64,000 bases of DNA. Origin: Geopsychrobacteraceae bacterium (GTDB taxonomy: Bacteria > Desulfobacterota > Desulfuromonadia > Desulfuromonadales > Geopsychrobacteraceae). Every line of letters starts with the position of its first letter. Positions within the stretch are counted from its first letter, which is position 1. The DNA lies in assembly GCA_963662315.1 (NCBI GenBank), contig OY759353.1, positions 3,776,001-3,840,000 on the forward strand, in the 5' to 3' direction. Positions 57,639 to 64,000 of the stretch are shown piece by piece. The translations under genes were made by a program, and so were the position numbers. The notes below the pieces were generated by a model. It saw only the letters and a program-made list of their open reading frames with translations. It was not told where the DNA came from and did not search any database.

Positions 57639-59102
57639 ATGTCATTTGAAGCAAGTTTAACGATTGGGCAGATGCGTGAGCAGCTGAAAACAGGTGAGGT
57701 GACGGCCATTGATCTCACAAAAAACTACCTTGAGCGGATTAAGGCAACGGATGGACGGCTGAATGCTTTTATCACCGTGTGTGAGCAGGAAGCACTGCAA
57801 ATGGCTGCTGCGGCTGATCAGCGCATTGCCAAGGGGGAAGATACGCCGCTGCTCGGCGTGCCTCTGGCTATCAAGGATATCTTCAACATGACGGATGTCC
57901 GTACTACGTGCGGGTCGAAAATTCTGAGTAATTATGTGTCCCCCTACGACGCCACGGCCGTTCGTCGACTTTCTGAGCAGGGGGCCGTTATCGTTGGCAA
58001 GCTGAATATGGATGAGTTTGCCATGGGCAGTTCCAATGAAAACAGTGCCTCAGGGCCAGTTAAAAATCCATGGAACACTGACTGCATCCCAGGCGGCTCA
58101 TCTGGTGGTAGCGCTGCCGCTGTGGCCGCACGGCAGGTGGTTGCCGCTCTTGGTACCGATACCGGTGGTTCAATTCGTCAACCGGCGTCCCACTGTGGTG
58201 TGGTCGGCCTGAAACCGACCTACGGACGGGTGTCCCGTTATGGGGTCATTGCCTATGCCTCTTCTCTGGATCAGGTTGGCCCCTTGGCCGGTAATGTTGA
58301 AGACTGTGCGCGGCTGCTGGGAGCCGTAGCCGGTTATGATCCCGCCGATTCAACCTCTGTTGATGCCCCGGTTCCTGATTATCTGGGGGCTCTGAGCGCA
58401 GGCGTCAAGGGTAAAAAAATCGGTCTGCCAAAAGAATATTTCATCGCTGGACTTGATGCTGATGTCAAGCGCTCCATCGCTGAAGCCATCGAGGTTTATC
58501 GTGGTCTGGGGGCGGAATTTGTCGATGTCAGCCTGCCCCACACCGATTATTCCGTCGCCTGTTATTACCTGATTGCAACCGCTGAAGCATCGAGTAACCT
58601 GGCGCGTTATGACGGGGTGCGCTACGGGGTGCGCAAGGACGAAGGCGCAGGCTTGATTAACATGTATCAAAGCAGTCGAGCCGCCGGATTCGGCCCCGAA
58701 GTCAAGCGCCGCATCATGCTTGGCACCTATGCCTTGTCCTCTGGTTATTACGATGCCTACTACCTGAAGGCTCAGAAAGTCCGGACCCTGATTCGTCAGG
58801 ATTTTCTCAATGCATTCGAACAGGTGGATTTCCTCCTGACTCCGGTCGCTCCGACCCCGGCTTTTAAGATCGGTGAGAAGGTCAACGATCCGTTGCAGAT
58901 GTATCTCTCTGACATCTTTACCATCCCGGTCAACCTGGCTGGAACCTGTGCGCTGAGTCTACCGTGTGGTATGAGTCAGGATGGTCTGCCGGTTGGTCTG
59001 CAACTGATCGGCAAGCCGTTTGCCGAAGCAGAAATCCTGCAGGCGGCCTATGCCTTTGAACAGGTCTCGCCATGGGGTGGGCGTGTTCCTGAGCTGTTTT
59101 GA
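57639..59102 (+). CDS. gatA: Asp/Glu-tRNA amidotransferase subunit A
   Basis: Amidase signature [38 protein letters not shown]; start ATG 57639. Confidence 0.97.
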   Translation: MSFEASLTIGQMREQLKTGEVTAIDLTKNYLERIKATDGRLNAFITVCEQEALQMAAAADQRIAKGEDTPLLGVPLAIKDIFNMTDVRTTCGSKILSNYVSPYDATAVRRLSEQGAVIVGKLNMDEFAMGSSNENSASGPVKNPWNTDCIPGGSSGGSAAAVAARQVVAALGTDTGGSIRQPASHCGVVGLKPTYGRVSRYGVIAYASSLDQVGPLAGNVEDCARLLGAVAGYDPADSTSVDAPVPDYLGALSAGVKGKKIGLPKEYFIAGLDADVKRSIAEAIEVYRGLGAEFVDVSLPHTDYSVACYYLIATAEASSNLARYDGVRYGVRKDEGAGLINMYQSSRAAGFGPEVKRRIMLGTYALSSGYYDAYYLKAQKVRTLIRQDFLNAFEQVDFLLTPVAPTPAFKIGEKVNDPLQMYLSDIFTIPVNLAGTCALSLPCGMSQDGLPVGLQLIGKPFAEAEILQAAYAFEQVSPWGGRVPELF

Positions 59103-59165
59103 TGGGATGTGCCGAAGGGTTGGTCTTATTATTAATTAGTCATCCACACGTGACAAGGTTACACA

Positions 59166-60602
59166 ATGAATTCAAAATATGAAGTTGTTATCGGGCTGGA
59201 AGTTCACGTTCAGCTGACCACCAAAACCAAAATTTTCTGTGGTTGTTCAACGGCTTTTGGCCAGGCACCCAACAGTCAGACCTGTCCGGTCTGTCTCGGT
59301 TTGCCCGGGGCCCTGCCGGTTCTCAACCAGCAGGTTGTCGAAAACGCCATCAAGGCCGGCCTGGCAACCCATTGCCGGATCTCGCCGCGCTCGATTTTTG
59401 CCCGGAAAAACTATTTTTACCCCGATTTGCCCAAAGGCTATCAGATCTCCCAGTTTGAACTGCCCATCTGCGAGCATGGCTGGCTGGATATTGAAACAGA
59501 AGAGCTGGGTAAAAAACGGATCGGCATCACCCGGATCCACATGGAAGAGGATGCCGGGAAATTGCTGCATTCCGACGCTAACAGCTCTTCCGTCGACCTC
59601 AACCGGGCTTGTACTCCGCTGCTGGAAGTAGTCTCCGAACCAGACATGCGCAGCTCTGACGAGGCGATCGCTTATCTGAAACAACTGCACCAGATCGTTG
59701 TTTACCTGGGGATCTGTGACGGCAACCTGGAAGAAGGGTCGTTTCGCTGCGATGCCAACGTGTCGATCCGCCCCTGGGGGCAGAAAGAGTTTGGGACCCG
59801 CGCTGAACTGAAAAACATCAACTCGTTCCGCTTTATCAAGCAGGCGATCGAATACGAAGTTGAACGCCAGATCGACGTTATCGAAGACGGTGGCAAAGTT
59901 GTCCAGGAAACGCGGCTGTTCAATGCTGATACCGGCATGACGCGCTCTATGCGGGGTAAAGAAGAGGCTCACGATTACCGCTATTTCCCCGATCCTGACC
60001 TGTTGCCGCTGGAAGTTTCCGATGCCTGGATTGCCAAGGTTCGTGACGCATTACCGGAGCTGCCGGATGCCAAGCTGCAGCGCTACCTTGTTGACCTCGG
60101 TCTGCCGGCCTATGATGCCGGTGTCCTGTCTGCAGAACGTCCGGTTGCCGAATATTTTGATGCCCTGGTTGCTCTTCATAATAACCCCAAGCTGTGTTCC
60201 AACTGGGTCATGGGGGATCTGCTGGGTGCGGTTAAGGATAAGGGGATCCTTATCAGTGAATGTCCGGTGACTCCAGAATTGCTGGCCGGAATCCTTCAGC
60301 GTATTGATGACAAGACCATATCCGGAAAGATTGCCAAGACGGTTTTCGAAGCGGTGTGGGAGAGTGGCAAGACCGCTGACCAGATTATTGAAGAAAAAGG
60401 GCTCAAGCAGGTTTCAGACACGGGTGCTATTGAGGCGATTGTCGCCGAGGTACTGGCTGCCAACCCGACCGAAGTTGCCGAGTATAAAGCTGGCAAGGAC
60501 AAGCTGATGGGCTTTTTTGTCGGTCAGGTTATGAAAGCCAGCAAAGGTAAGGCGAATCCCGGCATGGCTAACCAGTTGTTGCAGAAAAAACTGGCTGAAT
60601 AA
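59166..60602 (+). CDS. gatB: Asp/Glu-tRNA amidotransferase subunit B
   Basis: [43 protein letters not shown], YqeY-like tail. Confidence 0.97.
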   Translation: MNSKYEVVIGLEVHVQLTTKTKIFCGCSTAFGQAPNSQTCPVCLGLPGALPVLNQQVVENAIKAGLATHCRISPRSIFARKNYFYPDLPKGYQISQFELPICEHGWLDIETEELGKKRIGITRIHMEEDAGKLLHSDANSSSVDLNRACTPLLEVVSEPDMRSSDEAIAYLKQLHQIVVYLGICDGNLEEGSFRCDANVSIRPWGQKEFGTRAELKNINSFRFIKQAIEYEVERQIDVIEDGGKVVQETRLFNADTGMTRSMRGKEEAHDYRYFPDPDLLPLEVSDAWIAKVRDALPELPDAKLQRYLVDLGLPAYDAGVLSAERPVAEYFDALVALHNNPKLCSNWVMGDLLGAVKDKGILISECPVTPELLAGILQRIDDKTISGKIAKTVFEAVWESGKTADQIIEEKGLKQVSDTGAIEAIVAEVLAANPTEVAEYKAGKDKLMGFFVGQVMKASKGKANPGMANQLLQKKLAE

Positions 60603-60655
60603 GACTAAAAGCAGGGGTTTCGATTAGAATCACCTCAAGAAAAAGGTTTTTCAAG

Positions 60656-61723
60656 ATGGCGAGTTGTCCAATTGACCCGAGTATTATCAGACCGATCCGT
60701 TTTGTGGCCGGTAAATGTGAAATGATTGATCAGCGTCTGCTGCCCGCAGAAGAAATCTGGTTGAGTTACGACTCTTATGAAGGTGTTGCTGACGCTATTC
60801 GCGATATGGTCGTGCGCGGGGCACCGGCAATAGGTGTTGCTGCGGCTATCGGAGCCTGGTTCGGAGCGCGTGATATTGACAGTGAAGACAGCCAGGAATT
60901 TTTTCAGCGCTTTGAAGAGATCTGCGCGGTATTGGCGGCGACCAGGCCGACAGCGGTTAACCTGTGCTGGGCGCTGAACCGAATGAAAAGCTTTGCCCAT
61001 GCGAACCTTGACCGCAGTGTTGCCGAACTGAAAATCGGCCTTGAGTACGAGGCTCTGGCTATTGCCCAGGAAGATGAAATGATCAACCGCAAAATGGGCC
61101 GGCACGGTGAGTCCCTACTGCCTGATGGCGCCCGCGTGTTGACGCACTGCAATGCAGGAGCTCTTGCTACCGGGGGGTATGGTACCGCCCTTGGTGTGAT
61201 TCGGGCCGCAGTTGCTGCGGGCAAAAAGATTTCCGTTGTCGCTGATGAAACCCGCCCCTTTCTCCAGGGGGCCCGCTTGACCGCCTGGGAGTTGCACAAA
61301 GAGAATATTCCGGTGACCCTGATCTGTGACAATATGGCCGGTTACCTGATGAGCAAAGGGGAGATCGACTGCGTTATCGTTGGCGCTGATCGTATTGCGG
61401 CCAACGGTGATGTGGCTAACAAGATTGGAACCTATACCGTTGCGGTTCTTGCCAAAGAGCACAATATTCCTTTCTATGTCGCCGCTCCTGTATCGACCAT
61501 TGACCTGAGTCTGGCTGACGGTTCTTTGATTCCCATCGAAGAGCGTAACCCGCGTGAGATCACTCACGTGAAAGATGTTCAGCTTGCTCCGCCAGGCATT
61601 GCGGTCAGGAATCCGGCCTTTGACGTGACTCCCGCGCGTCTGGTAACCGCGATAATCACCGAGCATGGTGTTGCGCAGGGGGATTATGTCACGTCATTAC
61701 GGCGTATTGTTGCTGAAAACTGA
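60656..61723 (+). CDS. mtnA: Methylthioribose-1-phosphate isomerase
   Basis: [46 protein letters not shown]. Confidence 0.95.
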   Translation: MASCPIDPSIIRPIRFVAGKCEMIDQRLLPAEEIWLSYDSYEGVADAIRDMVVRGAPAIGVAAAIGAWFGARDIDSEDSQEFFQRFEEICAVLAATRPTAVNLCWALNRMKSFAHANLDRSVAELKIGLEYEALAIAQEDEMINRKMGRHGESLLPDGARVLTHCNAGALATGGYGTALGVIRAAVAAGKKISVVADETRPFLQGARLTAWELHKENIPVTLICDNMAGYLMSKGEIDCVIVGADRIAANGDVANKIGTYTVAVLAKEHNIPFYVAAPVSTIDLSLADGSLIPIEERNPREITHVKDVQLAPPGIAVRNPAFDVTPARLVTAIITEHGVAQGDYVTSLRRIVAEN

Positions 61724-61735
61724 TACAGGAGTTAT

Positions 61736-64000
61736 ATGAACCCAGGACTGGCGCCGATTAAACAACAGCTTGCTAAGCTCCATAACGAGCGCGCATCCCT
61801 TGTGGCCTGGCTTGATACGTTTCCTTTGCTGGCTGGTGGGCGCTGTTGTGCCAATCTTGAGTGTCTATCTGATTATCTCAATGACTCGGATCTTCTGGCC
61901 CGTATTCTGTTCCAGGCCTTTGATGTTGCCGATCCTGATAATGGCCTGAATCTGCTGGAGCGCTTGAGTTGTTCCATTGCGGCCGAAGTCCTTATCCCGG
62001 TATTGAATGATGGCGAGCGCTGCCGTCAACTGCTGACAGTGCTTGGCGGATCGCCTTTTCTGGCGGGTATTTTGTGCCGCAATCAGAGTTACTTTGAATT
62101 TTTGTTTGAAGTTGGGGGGATTGACAGGCCGGTTAACGAAGCGACGATGCTGGCCGAGTTACGTTCCCTTATTCCTCTGAACAGTGACTTTAATGAGTTG
62201 CAAAAGCAGCTGCGCTTGTATAAAGCCCGTCAGATTCTGCGCATTGGCAGTCGTGATCTATGCGGTCTGGCCAGCCTGGAAGAAGTCACCGCGGAGCTGT
62301 CCGGGCTTGCAGCCGCGAGCCTGCAACGTGCTTATGAGGTCTGCTCACGCCACCTGCAGGAGGAGTATGGGCAGCCGCTGCACAATGCCGAAAGCGAAAC
62401 TGACGGCACGCTGGCCGAGATGACCATCCTTGGTATGGGGAAATTCGGTGGCAATGAACTGAATTTCTCTTCAGATATTGATCTGATCTACTGCTATTCT
62501 TCCACCCATGGCGAAACGACCGGCGGTTCCCGTAACGAGAGAATCAGTCTGCATCGCTATTTTCTTAAACTGGCGGAACAGATCACCCGGGCTCTGCACC
62601 AGGTGACGGAACACGGCTTTGTCTTTCGTGTTGATACACGTTTGCGTCCGGATGGCAATAATGGCGATCTGGCCATTTCCATTAATGGTGCCGAAGCCTA
62701 TTATGAGTCATGGGGGCAGAGCTGGGAACGTGCTGCCATGATCAAGGCCCGGCCGGTTGCCGGATCTATCACGCTGGGGAGCGAACTGCTGACCCGGCTT
62801 AAGCCGTTTGTCTATCGTCGTTATCTTGATTTTGGTATGGTTGAAGATATCAAAATCATGAAACAGAAAATTAATGCCAGTCTTGAGCGTGCTGGCGAGC
62901 GTGAGCGCAACCTCAAACTTGGACAGGGCGGGATTCGGGAAATCGAATTTTTCATTCAGGCGCATCAGCTGATTAATGGCGGGACCCGGCCGCAATTACA
63001 ATTTCGCAATTCATTGCGGGTCCTGAAGCTGCTGGCCGAGGAAAATCTGGTCTCGTCCAGGGATTTAAAAGCTCTGCAGGACGCTTACCGTTTTTTGCGT
63101 ACGGTCGAGCATCGCATTCAGATTGTTCAGGAACAGCAGACCCATATGTTGCCGGTTGGCGAGCGAGACTGTACGGTGCTGGCCCGGCGATGCGGATTCC
63201 GTGATCATCAGACTTTTCAGACATGCTTGGCTGAGCATCGTCGGGCTGTCAGTGAAATCTTCAAGGATCTGTTTCATTCGTCTGATGAAGAGGATCTTCA
63301 TATCTCTCCGGAAGTTGAGATTTTCTTTGACGAAACGGCAGATCCGGATCTGGTTAAAGATTTTCTCGCGGAAAAAGGGTTCACGAATCCTGATGCGGCC
63401 TATGATACTTTACAGAACTTGCGAGCTGGTGATCCACATAAACGCCTGACCCGTCGGGGGCGCCGCAGCCTTGAACGGATCGCGCCATTGCTGATGAATG
63501 AATTGCTTGATTCGCCGAATCCCGATCAGGCGCTGAACAATCTGGAAAACTTTCTGTCGGTGATCCGGGCGCGGGATTCCTTTTTTGCGTTGCTGGTGGA
63601 GAATCCTGAAACCGTGCGGATTCTGGTTGCTCTGTTTGGTTCCAGCCAGTTGCTGTCGCGTATTTTTATTCAGCGCCCGGAGCTGCTCGATACCATGGTG
63701 TCGCAGTCCCATGCTGTTATCGAGAAGACGCGTGAAGAAATAACTTCAGAATTAAGTGATGAGCTTGCTCGCGCTGAGAATTTTGAAGTTCAGCTCGATG
63801 TCTTGCGCCGCTTTCGCAATGCAGAATTTCTGCGCCTGGCCCTTAACGACCTGCATGGTCAGGTTAAGCAGAGTGTTACCACACGGCAATTGTCCTGGCT
63901 TGCGGAGGCCTGCCTCGAACAGGCTTGCTGCCTGGCTCGCCAGGAGCTGGCGGTACGCTTTGGCACGGCTTTTACCGATGCCAGTGATGGTGCCAAAGAA
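61736..64000 (+). CDS. glnE: Bifunctional glutamine-synthetase adenylyltransferase/removase (partial, runs off the window)
   Basis: Absent from the ORF track because it has no stop in the window. CAGGAG SD and ATG 61736; read manually: LGMGKFGGNELNFSSDIDL, FRVDTRLRPDG, WERAAMIKARPVAG, NLKLGQGGIREIEF. Confidence 0.95.
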   Translation, partial: MNPGLAPIKQQLAKLHNERASLVAWLDTFPLLAGGRCCANLECLSDYLNDSDLLARILFQAFDVADPDNGLNLLERLSCSIAAEVLIPVLNDGERCRQLLTVLGGSPFLAGILCRNQSYFEFLFEVGGIDRPVNEATMLAELRSLIPLNSDFNELQKQLRLYKARQILRIGSRDLCGLASLEEVTAELSGLAAASLQRAYEVCSRHLQEEYGQPLHNAESETDGTLAEMTILGMGKFGGNELNFSSDIDLIYCYSSTHGETTGGSRNERISLHRYFLKLAEQITRALHQVTEHGFVFRVDTRLRPDGNNGDLAISINGAEAYYESWGQSWERAAMIKARPVAGSITLGSELLTRLKPFVYRRYLDFGMVEDIKIMKQKINASLERAGERERNLKLGQGGIREIEFFIQAHQLINGGTRPQLQFRNSLRVLKLLAEENLVSSRDLKALQDAYRFLRTVEHRIQIVQEQQTHMLPVGERDCTVLARRCGFRDHQTFQTCLAEHRRAVSEIFKDLFHSSDEEDLHISPEVEIFFDETADPDLVKDFLAEKGFTNPDAAYDTLQNLRAGDPHKRLTRRGRRSLERIAPLLMNELLDSPNPDQALNNLENFLSVIRARDSFFALLVENPETVRILVALFGSSQLLSRIFIQRPELLDTMVSQSHAVIEKTREEITSELSDELARAENFEVQLDVLRRFRNAEFLRLALNDLHGQVKQSVTTRQLSWLAEACLEQACCLARQELAVRFGTAFTDASDGAKE

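Noticed and set aside
1..64000. CRISPR arrays, tRNA/rRNA, prophage, IS elements, defence systems, in-frame Sec/Pyl recoding
   Set aside because: No repeat-spacer arrays, RNA gene signatures, integrase/transposase or defence motifs were seen, and no gene appeared split at a TGA or TAG.

Overview
Gene-dense chromosomal segment. The gene families suggest a Desulfuromonadales-type deltaproteobacterium (inference). No rRNA, tRNA, CRISPR array, integrase or transposase was seen. Left to right: (1) the 3' part of a Geobacter-type cbc6/ext multiheme-Rieske-cytochrome b6 operon; (2) a sigma54 activator followed by hsp20-hsp20-clpB; (3) signalling and radical-SAM genes, glmU-glmS and fhs; (4) an outer-membrane barrel with an RstAB-like two-component system; (5) a split flavocytochrome c with its Crp/Fnr regulator; (6) a ~21.5-kb tricarboxylate-catabolic island (CitAB-type system, two divergent TctCBA transporters, RraA, BtsSR-like system, an acyl-CoA-type Na+-pumping decarboxylase and complete citrate lyase genes citCD-[DUF296]-EFXG); (7) ClC, pcrA, a 1010-aa REC-TPR-BTAD regulator, mrp, gatCAB, mtnA and the 5' part of glnE. 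The most striking observations are in the island. Both sensor kinases have lost the ligand-binding residues known from their characterised relatives. The CitA-like kinase is co-transcribed with a degenerate second TctCBA that may act as its sensor. The BtsR boxes point at an unannotated 44-aa acidic ORF instead of a CstA/BtsT transporter. Citrate lyase is paired with a methylmalonyl-CoA-type rather than an oxaloacetate-type decarboxylase. Comparisons with reference proteins are from memory and need to be confirmed by alignment.
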